From positions 24,296,126-24,360,125 of the forward strand of contig OZ037766.1 in NCBI GenBank assembly GCA_964035545.1: 64,000 bases of DNA. Direction: 5' to 3'. This document shows positions 13,604 through 25,998 of the stretch, one piece after another. Position 1 is the stretch's first letter, and the number at the start of each line of letters is the position of its first letter. The stretch is from Bugula neritina. Its lineage: Eukaryota > Animalia > Bryozoa. Under the pieces are notes generated by a model. The model was not told where the DNA came from. It ran no database searches and saw only the letters and a list, made by a program, of their open reading frames with translations. The translations under genes and the position numbers were made by a program.

Positions 13604-15242
13604 GACTTATAAGGCTGACGTAGAATAAGATTTTTTTGCACTACATTAAATCCACTAAATCTATTTCATGTTTAAAACTCAATTTCCCAGGTGTTAGTTG
13701 AAAAGAAAATTAACTCGATGAACTATAGCTATCTTTTCAACTATATAAGTCATTCTATAAGCTTTGCTTTTCTATACAGCTCGGCCTAACTGGTGAATCA
13801 TGATTCCATCATATGCTAAAGCATTAACGTATATTTGAACTACATTTAGTAAAATTATCTTTTTTATAATAAAAAATATATCAAGAAATAATATAACTCC
13901 TAACGATACCAAACTTTGCCACGTTTTGAAAACTTCCATACAAAAAATGAACAGCACTCAGAAATTAAATTAGACGGTTGAGCAATTTCATTTAGGCTAT
14001 AGTATTATGGCAACTGAAGTAATACTTCCAAGGTATTTCTCAGAACTTCTAGTGCATACTATTAAACCTCGATGTAGTTTGAACTATTTTTAAATTTACT
14101 AACAGTTTGTGAGATGTATTATGTAAAACCCAAAAAGGCTTTTCAGTATTTGAAAAACAGTAATTAATAGGGTTTTTTTATCAATTAAACTGCATACTTG
14201 ATCAAATATTATTTGAAGTATGAAATGGTAAGATTCAAGTAATTATTAGCCAGTATAAAGGTTGTAGCTTGTTTCATTGCTAAATAACTATATTAATTTT
14301 AACAGCATATTCTTATAATTAGACTTCATCATATAGCAGAAATATTTATTTAATGATTTTTAATCAAATATATACATTTTTGTGATTCTACTTCTGTATG
14401 GCATTGAATTGAGCTTTATAATAAAACTTAGTTCTCAAGTACAAAGCATGCGTATGATAACTTTTGAGCAAAGATCTTTCACTGCAGTACCAATCTGATT
14501 GAAGATAAAATATAGTTTTAGCTGGAAAAAAATCTTTTTGTTGTAGAGATAAAATAAAATATGTTTTAAAAACAGCTAGAAAATATATAATATCCATATT
14601 ATGATATGCAGTAAAAAACTAATAACTAAAGTCAGTTTTAGTAGTACTACGTACAAACATACATGTATATATACATGTATATAATTATAGTATTGTAATA
14701 ATTATTCTTGTGTGTTTAGTTTGATGTTACTTTTATTTAATATTTCATATTACATCATTATATTTTTTCTTTTTAATACCACCGACTAAAATACATACAA
14801 ATTGAAAACTTAAAATTGACATGCACTTTTTCCTTTGGGATAAGCAGTAAGTTTAAAATTTTCCACAGAATGGCATAGCTCCCAGAGTTGAGACCTTATA
14901 CACTTATACATATATATAAAACCACATGCATTGCATTTCACTTATGTATAGTTTATAACTACAGTTTATATAGTTCACAATGACGAATACATGTTTTTAT
15001 ACCATCCCATTAGGCTAAAGTTATTAAATCCACTTGGAACAAATTAAGTTTAACAATTTATCATGTTTTACTATTTCTAATTTTTATTTAACTTTCTCGT
15101 GGCAATTTTAAGGACAAATTGAAATTAATACTCAAAATTTTGCAGTGCACACAAAAACAGCAAACCTATCTTTCTGCCCATTCTATCCTAAACTGTATGG
15201 TGGCAAGTTTTAATGGTCTGCAATATAAAGCATGTAAAATAA

Positions 15243-15340
15243 TTTTGCCCCCACTGGGATTCGAACCCAAGACCTCTGGCTTGCAAGCAATTGTGCTATC
15301 CATTACACCACGAGGACCACTAGGTAAACTCATTACTACA
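15243..15340 (-). mobile_element. tRNA-derived SINE, family B
   Basis: Reverse complement: GTAGTAATGAGTTTACCTAG-TGGTCCTCGTGGTGTAATGGATAGCAC..GCTTGCAAGC..GGGTTCGAATCCCAG; five copies in the window. Confidence 0.75.
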
Positions 15341-16543
15341 AAGCTATTGATTAAATACAGTTTAGATTTTAGAACATAAGCAAAAGGGCTGAATGACTTT
15401 ATTGCAGCTCCAAACTAAAAATCTTTGATTTTTGTGTCTCAAAGTAAGATTAAATAATCTAAACTCAATTTTATGGTTATGCTGTTTTATTATGCATGCC
15501 TTTTGCAAAATGCAAAAAATATACTTTTTTACTGTAACCTCCTTTAAATTTCTGCAAAGTCTTTAAATGCTGCAATCTAAATAATAATTTTTGGCAAAAA
15601 ATTTCATTTGATGAAAGAATTCAGCTGCATTTTTTGGAAAATAGTCAAGTTTTCAATGTAAAGAAAAGCTTGTTTAACTTGGCTAATATAGGCTTATATT
15701 TTTTTTTTCTGAAGCATCTTCTATCTGATATAATGATTTTACATTCGTGGTAATGTCAAATAGGCATTATATTGCTATATATGATTTCGTATCTGCTTAT
15801 TATGAGTAGGCACAGCCACAACTTATCAGTGTGTAGTATGATAATATGAGTAACCCAGTTTGTCTGCTTTAATGCTTAAAAGTAAAAGTCATTAAATTTA
15901 TAAATAGGTATACTATATAGCATTCGCTTCTCATATAAAACTATTCTAAAAATGTAATACATTTTATACGTGAACCATTTTGACACACCCTTAAAATATA
16001 TCATCAAAAATATTTTTTTGACAGTAGTTAAATATTTTTGTATTTCAATAAGCGATAAAAAAGAATTCCAAAATGTAGAACTTCACTGGTCTCCAAGGCT
16101 ATAAGGTTCAAGATCATGAGGGCATTAAGCACCATTGCGTATTGGAGATGTGTTGTGTTTTTCAGTGTCATGAGATTGCAAAGTAATAAATAATTTTGAC
16201 AGATTTATGTAATGAGAGATCCTAAAATGCATGATTATAAAAACAATGATTATTTCAACTCATGAATGGGAAGTAGCAAAGACTTTTGTTGAAAATAGCA
16301 GTACAGCTTAGTGGCCTTAAAATTATTTCTACAAATGTTGGCAGAACTAAGTGATTAATTGGAAGAGCAAGTGGCTGCTGCCTACAGACTAGTTGAAAAA
16401 CTGGGACTATGTGCTGCCTAAAGCTATAGTGAGAAGTGATGGTAAGTCTGCAACAAGAATACAATTAATTATAAATCTTAGTAGAAGTAAGTAAAGTTTT
16501 AGCTGCATTTAGTATGCGTGCGTGTGCATGTGCATATACATAC

Positions 16544-16609
<66 letters not shown>

Positions 16610-16611
16610 AA

Positions 16612-16658
16612 TCTGTGGACAGCAGTTGTTTCGGGATTTGTCCCCTCATCAGCACAGA
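16612..16658 (-). ncRNA. Type I hammerhead ribozyme (intact core, one stem III mismatch)
   Basis: Reverse complement: TCTGTG CTGATGA GGGGA-CAAA-TCCC GAAAC AACTGCT GTC|CACAGA. Confidence 0.85.
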
Positions 16659-16883
16659 ACAGAGTACCATGGCCCACACCTTCGCAATAGTAGAAACTTA
16701 TAGTTTTACTAAAGCATATTTTTAAAGGGTGTAAACCCAGGCCAGAGTGCTCAAGTGACTCTAGGGGTCACCTAGGAGTCACGAGCATTGCTAAATGCTA
16801 GCAGCTTGAGTTTGTGACCATGGTGAGAGTGTTCAATCATGTAATGTCATTGCTGAGCAGTAAATGAGAGCATAATATCTCAA

Positions 16884-16930
16884 TCTGTGGACAGCAGCTG
16901 TGTCGGGATTTGCCCCTTCATCAGCACAGA
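16884..16930 (-). ncRNA. Type I hammerhead ribozyme with core mutation (GAAA>GACA)
   Basis: Reverse complement: TCTGTG CTGATGA AGGGG-CAAA-TCCC GACAC AGCTGCT GTC|CACAGA. Confidence 0.75.
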
Positions 16931-17343
16931 ACAGAGTACCATGCCCCACACCTTCGCAATAGTAGAAACTTATAGTTTTACTAAAGCATATTCAAAAGGT
17001 GTGTGTTATATGTGTTATGTTATACGTCATATATATAGCCTTGTTAGTGAGTTGCCTTCTCCCTAACACGAGCCTCTAGTAATTTATGTCTGATGAATTC
17101 TCATTTGCAATCAAGCAGATGCTACCACATGTGTTGTTTTAGGATAGTTAGATGCAGCACAAGGTTTTATGTCACTGAGTACAGTATTCGTTTACTCATC
17201 GTTATCCCTCCCTGAGCTTGCCACCACCGCTCTAACTATTGCACTCAGAGACACTAAACTCTAAAGCATCGAGCTATATCCGTTTTCCTCGCAGATCTTT
17301 TGCCACAGAGCCACAGAAATCAATGTTTCAAGGGAAGCTGGTG

Positions 17344-20300
17344 ATGGCGGCAAGTGTGAGACAGCAACTGGCAGAGAGAGCGCTCACTGCTGAAAAGCTG
17401 ATTGAGCAGTTGAGTCCGTGTCTAACTAAGCTTAAAGAAACAACTGGTAATAATTATTGACGTTCTTTATTTTATTTTTTATAGTTGGAACAATTAATGC
17501 TTAAAGTTAAAGTTAATGAGTTAAGGTAACACTAACCAGGTCCAGTAACTGTAAGTGTAACAGTAACACTAACAGTAACACTACTAGTAGAGTACTAGTA
17601 CTATTAATAATAGTAATGCTATTACTATTACTATTAGTATTAGTATTAGTTTCACTAATAGTAATCTGTTATAATTATTATTATATATTTATGCTAAGTA
17701 CTAACGGTAACTCTAACACTAACAGTAACACTAACAGTCAGTACTAACTACTAAACTAAGTAGTAGTCTCACTTTTACTAACTGTAAGTGTAACTGACTA
17801 ACTCACTATGATTAACACAGTAACTCTCTGAGTAAGTGTAACACTAACAGTAACTGTAAGTGTAAGCCATTGGCATTAGCCTTGGGCATAGTCATAAGAT
17901 TAAGACTAACTCTAAGAGACAGAGTAAGTGTAACTGTTAGAGCTAACTTTAAGTTTAAGATTAATTAATAATGATTAATAATAATCATAATGATAATGAT
18001 GACTATAAGTATAAGTAAGTGCTCACACTGTGCCTGACTATCAATATCATAAAGTTAGACTATCGTGATTCATGATTAATACTATGAGTATGACTAAAGT
18101 CGAAGACTTTCACTCTTAGTCTTACTCTTTGTCTTAGCAAGTATATAATGTAATATAGTAGGCTACAGTATATTATATTATATACTATATAGATAGTAGG
18201 CTATAACTATATCTGAAACTGAAAGTGGTTATAAGTATAAGTAAACTAAAAGTGAAAGATTGGACTAGCAATATTAGTTACTAATAGACATATTTGATAG
18301 TAATAGTAATAACAAATCACTAAAACTGAAAATATGAATTAGTTAATCACTAACTTAGTCTGAGTATGAGTAAATCGATTAAGTTAAAAATTAAGGGTTA
18401 CTAAGCAAATGAATAGATTAACTATAATTACTTCCAGTTTCATAATCATACATCAGTCTTCGACTTTCACTATCACTTCAAATCTATGGTATTGATTATA
18501 GCATTGCTATTAGTATTAGTTATACTTGAAGTAACTGCCAATGTGTAATACCTAGTTTTATGCTTATAGTCATACTTAAACAAATACCCAACTAATAGTA
18601 ATAGTAGATTGTAATAGTAATGCTAAAACTTATAGTAATACTAATAGTAGTAGCTGACTTTACTCATATGTCATTGGTCACCATTTATTGAATGAAACAA
18701 CAAACTGTAAAATTGCAAATTTTTCTCACCTCGATTAATTTTTTAATGGTGTAATGTTTTAGCTGCTAAACTGTGTGCGAAAGAGGTTGAAGAACTAAAG
18801 TTAAGTAATGCTAAACTGAGAGCTGATGTTGAACAACTTGTTCAGAGGTTGAGACGAGCTGAAGAGATCAATGGTGGTAGGAAATTAATAACACAGAGAT
18901 AGTGATATTCACATAATTACTGGCAACTTTGCTAAATGTATCCAGATTAGTATCACAATTTTTAATGCAAAATACTTTATGCTAAAATATTTAGGATTTC
19001 TAATCTGCTTGACTCAATGCTCACATTTGCAAATGGACATTTACTATATTAATTTCTTTTCAATTAAAGAATAATTATCGTTCTTTTTTTCTGAATTCGT
19101 GCACATCATTTGCAATTTATGTTCATCTCTTTTCTTTACATATTAGGCATGATGTTTTATTTCTTTGTTCCCTTAAAATATTTTTCTTTTGATTCAGGGT
19201 GCTGTTTCTGATGAATAATTTTAATTAAAATAGTTTAGATAGTTGCACTACACATTGAAATTTTACAACTTCAGCTTGCTCCAAATTGTTTTGTCATCTA
19301 CAAAAAATCTCATAAAATACATATTGGAGTAAAAATTTTCCTACAACTAGAATGGTGCTAATCTTACATGTATACTATGAATTATACTACGTTACTGCTA
19401 AATGAATAGTTTTGAATTTTGAACTAACATATATAGTGCTAATAATTTAAATATATGTCTCACATGATGTAGTTTGTAGAAGATAGCCAGCTGACTTTGG
19501 TAGCATTTACCAAGTCTTATCTAAATATCATTATGCTTATGGTATTAATCAATAAACCAATTCTTTTTATTGCAGGACTTTCAGAAAAAGTTTACTCTGT
19601 AGTTTTTCTCAGCCATGTTTATGTTAGTGATTCATATCCCATAATATTATATTTATAGTGAAACAAGTTTACTATAGTACCCCTACATCTAGTCCTGCAA
19701 CACCTAATGGACCATCTAGTACAGCTGAATCGTCAGTAAATACTCCTGCTCAGGAAACTAATCAGTCAAATACAAAGCCTGAAAAACCTCAGCAGAAAAA
19801 GGTGAAACCAAAAAGTGAGTGTAGAGTTTTTTACATTACTAAAATACTGCATGACTGTTAATCCACATTGCATCACCTATTACTATCTATATAGAAGTTG
19901 CCATTAGACTATTACAAGTACGTGTAGGTTAAACTAGGACATAATTTACTAAAACTGTTATCTGTTTAATTACGCAATGAAAGAGACTTGACTATTGCAT
20001 CAGCAGGTTGTGATATAAAAGATCTGAGCTCAGATTTAAACTTAATTCATCAGAGTTGGTCTAAATGCAAATTATTTTATTATAATATGAAGGAGAATTA
20101 ATTTCGGGTAAACACTTTTGGTGTCATTAAATTGATATGTCTCTGGACTATAGAAGGTTGGGGGGGACAATTCCGCTCCAAATTTAGTCTTACTGTTTAG
20201 CATTTGGTCACTTAACTTAATGTAAAATATATTTAATGGGAATTAGCGGATTTTAGCTAATTATAATAATAATTAACCACTATGCCTCAGTATTAGTATT

Positions 20301-22165
20301 AACCACTACCTTAGTATTAGGATAAGCTGCTTAGTAACAAATGAAATATAAATTGTAAAATAATCATATTCAAGTCTTTCCTCTGCACACACTGGAAGAC
20401 GTTATTTTCCTGTACTGCTTAGCAAATAAACTCACACAAGGTTATAGTCACCATTCCTGTGAGAAACCCCTGATGGAAGGGGTTTTTGTTAAATCGGTTA
20501 AGGACTTATTTAGATGGGGCACAGGAGTAATTATGACTGGATGCTCTTCCTAACATCGCCTGTAGCTTTTACTGGGGATCAAACCCATGACTTTGTGTTT
20601 ACTAAGTCAAATGCTCTAACCCCTAGACCATGCCTGCTCCCTTCTCCAAATGTTATGAGTTGAGTGATAATTAATCAATAATAAATTACTTTACAGAGGA
20701 GCAAAAAGCTCCAGTGAAGGCTGATGAAGCGCCTGCAGATATCTCTAGAGTGTTACTAAAAGTTGGGAAAATTGTGGACGTGAAGTTACATCCTGATGCT
20801 GATACTCTTTATGTTGAGACTGTGGACCTAGCCGAGGATAGACCTAGGACTATACTTAGCGGATTAGCTGGTCGGGTGCCAATGGAGCAGGTAATTGCTG
20901 TTTCCTGCTGAAGTTTTTGTGTATGGTTACCAATTACTTTGGACAGAAGTCGAAGTTGTTCTCCATGGCTAATTATTCTATTATCTCAACTCAACAGTAT
21001 TTAGGGTTTTGTATTTCAACCAAGGTTATGGAAATGGTCTAGACTAAAATATAGACATGTTTTTGAGTGGTACCTAACCACTTACAAAGTTGTCTTGCTT
21101 TTATCAAAATGGGGAGACGACTTCACTGATTTACTGTTGCTCTCAAAGTTGTTTTCAATTAATTTCGAGTTGGCATCTAAGAATAGTAGTTGTGTTCTCC
21201 TTCTGATAATAATAGCCACAGTTTCAATGTGCACTATATTGACTATAAGTTCCTGCTAACTGCTGCAGAAATAGGAAGGTGTTCCTGCAAATACCCTGTT
21301 TAAATGATGTAATATGAAGTTATACTGATTCAGAGTTGCATTCAAATTTGTTTTTAACGGATTTAGAAATGGCGCGTTTCTTGGAAATGGTAGTTATGCT
21401 CCCTTAATATTGGTATTGTGTTTTCAACTGTTAATATACGTTTCTGCTAACTCCTGCAGAAATAACAACATGCCCCTGCGAATACCCTGTTTAAATGATT
21501 TGATATGAAATTATACTCAGTTCACATCTAATCATGTTTAGGGTTTGAGTCAGAAATATTTGATGTTTTCAGATGAGAGACAGGTTAGCTGTGTTTGCCT
21601 GCAATCTCAAGCCTGCTAAGATGAGGGGAATTATGTCTGAGGGAATGATCATGTGTGCAAGCTCAGAAAGTAAAATACAGATTGTAGAAGTACCTGCGGG
21701 CGCTGTTCCTGGTGACATTGTAACTTTCTCAAACTATCCAGGTAAGATAATTCATTTCGGTAAGAGTCATTGATAATCCTGCTGTGTAGAAGGCATTCTC
21801 AAATTTCAAGCGGAAAAAGTTTATTTTATCTGCATCTGGTTCTTTAGCTTAATTTATTTAGGTAGCTAAGATTACAAATATATAGAACTTTTGAAAGTTT
21901 TGCTGCAAAATTGAATTTCTCTGTGTAGCTTTTATCATTATATGCATTTCTTTCTGTGGTCTCCTGTTTTTTTAAATAATTATTATACTGTCGTGTAGGT
22001 GAACCTGATAAGCAATTGAATCCTAAGAAAAAGATCTGGGAAGCTGTAGCTCCAGATCTTAAAACAGATGAAAATGGAGTCGCTACTTACAAAGGGTGTC
22101 CATTCACTATAGCTGATAAAGGCATATGCAAAGCCCCTGGTTGTCCAAACTTTCCTATTAAATAA
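17344..22165 (+). CDS. AIMP1: Aminoacyl-tRNA synthetase complex-interacting multifunctional protein 1 (p43/pro-EMAPII)
   Basis: Exons about 17344-17447, 18763-18877, 19659-19813, 20696-20890, 21573-21741 and 21999-22165. N-terminal coiled coil, then EMAPII/tRNA-binding OB fold ([53 protein letters not shown]). Alternative in-frame ATG at 17323; AATAAA near 22238. Confidence 0.93.
17500..18670. repeat. Mosaic low-complexity tract of degenerate hexamers (TAACAG/TAACAC/TAAGTG/TAATAG) in AIMP1 intron 1
   Basis: Visible period-3/6 motifs in both orientations. Confidence 0.7.
20440..20640 (-). mobile_element. tRNA-derived SINE, family A
   Basis: Homologous to 890-1080. Confidence 0.75.
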
Positions 22166-24538
22166 TGTTTCTTGTGCTTTCTTAGCTTCACAATTTTTAG
22201 TCCATTGCCTGAACTATATTTATAAATGATTTCTATAAATAAAAGATGATGGAGCATGATAAGCTAAATCTATTTCTTTAAAACTAATAGAAGTAAAATT
22301 AATTTCTTTTCACTTTTTCATACTCATTGAGTCATTCACTCAAACTCATATTGACCTAATATTAGTTTCTCTTGTGTGATAGCTATATTTGCGACATCAT
22401 GTTGCTTCATTCTATTATTATTGGTAGCAGCTTAAGTTGGTGAGCCGTGAGCAACTCATGGGACTGAAGCTACGTACATTTCGGCTACCCATGTGCTTTT
22501 GCTAACACGATGGGCTAGGCTCAGCTTAGCTCTCTCCACAAAGATATCTGTACAGTCAACAAATGTAGTTTTATTTTGTAAATCCTTTGCCTCCTCTATA
22601 ATATAGTTCATGAGTTGTCCTTGTGCAAATCTGAGACTAAAACTTCCTTGGTGCAAGTATAGATGACAACTTGAAGTTGAACATAATGTGGCAGTTGAGC
22701 ACAAGTGCTACAATTACATGGAGTTTCAACTGGGCTACTAATCAAGATTTTGATTAAAGAAAGAACAAAGTCTAAAATATAGTATGCTTGCATATGGTAG
22801 TAGGAGTAGAAAGTGCTGAAAGTTTATAAATATTTGTTAAATTCACAACTGCTGGATGGATAATTGTTACGGCTGCAGTAAGTGTCGAATCATTGGGTCC
22901 CCTCTCATAGAACAGTGTTGCATTACATTGCAATAGTTATATTTAATAATATAATAATAATATACCCATAATACCATATTTTCAAATGGAGTGTAATTTA
23001 AATTTTTCGTGGAAACATTGTAGCATATTATATATATATATATATATATATACATATATATACATATATATACATATACATATATATATCAAAGTTAATA
23101 TGTACCATAGCAGTTCAATATTGCTAATTTACACCATAATTATTTTAGTAAGCAAGATTGTTGCACTTTGGAGTTGTGGGCCTCATGCAATTTTGATGAA
23201 ATAAAGAAACCTATAAAAGGTTCTATTAATATTATTTATCCTGATCAAAGCAAATTATGACAATCTACTTATCTAGTTGCAACGCTGAGTCAACACTCTC
23301 CCTCTCTGTCGGGTAGTGTGGATGCCTGTCTACATGCTATTCAAAGGGCTGGTGTTGAAAGTTACTTAGTAAAAAATATGTACTGCTGCCACACAGTCAA
23401 ACTGGAGTCTTGTAACATGCTACCCACTACACTATAAGGGCTATGGGGAATCACAACACCACATTAACTTGAGTTGCTGATCAGCTGCGTAGACCTACAT
23501 GGCTACATATGCTGTTGGTCTCTGCAAACAAATAAATTTCACGGAAGGTGCTTGTTGCTATGAGATCCTTAATATATTGTAAATGAGTTATGTACAAACT
23601 GTGATTTTCGAGCTTCTTTTTTTCTTTTAATTTACAAACTAACTGCTCATTTGGTTTAACTGACACTAGTTATAAATTTAGAAATAATATTCTTTAATCT
23701 CATTTCTAGTTCAGAACTAGGCTATACTTTTCTTATAGACGATTTTGATTAATGTTAATTTGCAGTTATTTTTTATTATACGATTTAAAACACTTCATAC
23801 ACCTGATGCTGTCTATTGGACAATTTATTATAATAAATCAACTGTACTTCTATTAAAGCATTTGTTCTAAGGCCGTAAATCATTTAAGTTCTTAAAAACG
23901 AATGTTTCAATAGAAGTGTTTTAAAAATAGCTAAAATAAGCAGAGAGTTGGAGTCTAAATCATGGCATAATATTATAATAATAATAAGTAGACGACTCCA
24001 AAACTGAAAATAGTTAGGCAGTTCATGAAATTGAGAAAAAGTACGTACTAAGATGTGTGGCATGCAATGTTAAAAGATTATAAAATATGAGCCACATTTA
24101 CCAACTATTTTGTTGAAGCACTCAATTCCGATGTGAAGAGCCAGTGCCGTGCCAGCTACAGATTTTGCTAAGATAGCATGATGATATGAATATACAATAC
24201 ATTTCATATTTTAAGCATTTTTAATTACAAGTATTATTCTCATGCAGTTCAGGTGCAGCCTGCAGAGACGTATGTACTGCGATTTCAAATACAAAATTGT
24301 TATTTTATTACAAAATTATGTTATTACAATTATATTTTTATATGATCACACAAAACCATAAAAACAGTATGAACATGTTTATTGTGAGACGAATCAGTAT
24401 TAAAAAGCATAGCCAACACGTATTGGCCTAAAATATATTTGACCAAAAGTTTTACTGCATGTAAAAGTCTATTTTGCCTTCCCACCGTTCGTTTCAAAAA
24501 GTATTGTCTCATGGTAGTATCTATAAATACTGCAGACT

Positions 24539-25376
24539 CTACCCTGGTGCAGCTCTAGACTCCTTATACCTAGTATACTGATCTTTTATCTGGTCAACAA
24601 GAACTGTAGCATTGTGCAGCACTGGACTTGGGGTCAAATGTAATATGCCTTCTTTTATATTAGATAGCCCGAAACCATAAGAAGTTAATTTATTGTAAAA
24701 TCTTGTCTCCCACCCTCGGGCTGCCCGCAAGTACCTGTATACTTGTCTTGGTACGTAATAATACGTGTAGCCAACATAATCTTCATCTTTCTTTCCATAT
24801 GTAATGGGTGCTTGAGTGACAAGCTCCATTTCTAGTTGTGCTTCTACATTTAAATTATGCATTAACTGAACACATTTCTCCAATATAAATTCATATTATC
24901 ATGGTTTGTATTTACATGGAAAACTGCAGGCTAAAAGCTTGAAACAATTGCAAGCATTTTAGTCTGACTAAATATTTATTTCAAAGATTTATTATTAATT
25001 GGTTTTTCAGAAAGTAAAAAAAGATTATTTCATTTTTTTTTCAGAAAGTTAAAAAACTCATTTGCTAACATTTTGTTGTCTACTAGTTGACAGAAACAAT
25101 TTTGTGAATTCAATTATTAAGTAGTATGTGCTTGGAGTCATAAAATATTTCTTCTATGTTTGGACATATTCTATCTTAATGCAATAGACTATAAACATCT
25201 TACGTCTTCTCTTCCAACAGAGGTAAATGATGACTGGAATAGATAAGATGGAGAATACAATTAGAACCACAACCCAAGGTTTTATTTTCTCTGGAGGTTT
25301 AGGTTTTGGCGTCACTGTGACCGTACTTAGTTTGTAATCTAAAAACACACTTATGCTATGTATGTAAATATATATG

Positions 25377-25441
<65 letters not shown>

Positions 25442-25611
25442 CTGGAAAGCTCTTTGCGTTTGTTGAGGGAGGATAATTCGGTTTGTTTTTAAATTACATA
25501 TTTCTCATAGCTGCATAAGTTACATAAGTTACATAAATTATATCAGTACCAAATATAAATACTCTATTTTTCGAAATATTGAGTTCTTTTGATTCATTTT
25601 TTAATTATAAA

Positions 25612-25664
<53 letters not shown>

Positions 25665-25899
25665 AATATATCTTTACGAGCTAGCAATTTGATTATAAAT
25701 AGGTATACGAGAAACATTGTTATTTATTACTTTATTAGGTAAAGTAATTACACTGATATTTCGGGTACCACTGTACCCATCTTCATTGCTACTCTGAAGA
25801 TGGGTACAGTGGTACCCGAAATATCAGTGTAATTACTTTACCTAATAAAGTAATAAATAACAATGTTTCTCGTATACCTATTTATATATATATATATAT

Positions 25900-25998
<99 letters not shown>

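Larger units (their letters stand above)
16607..17003 (-). mobile_element. Hammerhead-containing partial tandem repeat (272-nt unit), retrozyme or Penelope-like terminal repeat
   Basis: atctgtggac at 16611 and 16883; each repeat carries a minus-strand type I hammerhead; abuts (TA)n; inverted copy at 36311-36537. Confidence 0.85.

Noticed and set aside
16607-17003. CRISPR-like repeat-spacer or LTR interpretation of the direct repeats
   Set aside because: Eukaryotic context, only two long repeats, and no TG..CA ends or primer-binding site; the hammerhead cores explain the structure better.
17090-17110. Other CTGATGA matches (e.g. about 17090, 19208, 28183, 36802, 53611, 56068)
   Set aside because: No stem II followed by GAAA and no closing stems, so they are not hammerheads.
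22440-23670. Higher-GC segments with short minus-strand ORFs downstream of AIMP1
   Set aside because: No recognisable motif or consistent exon structure; possibly decayed transposon sequence.
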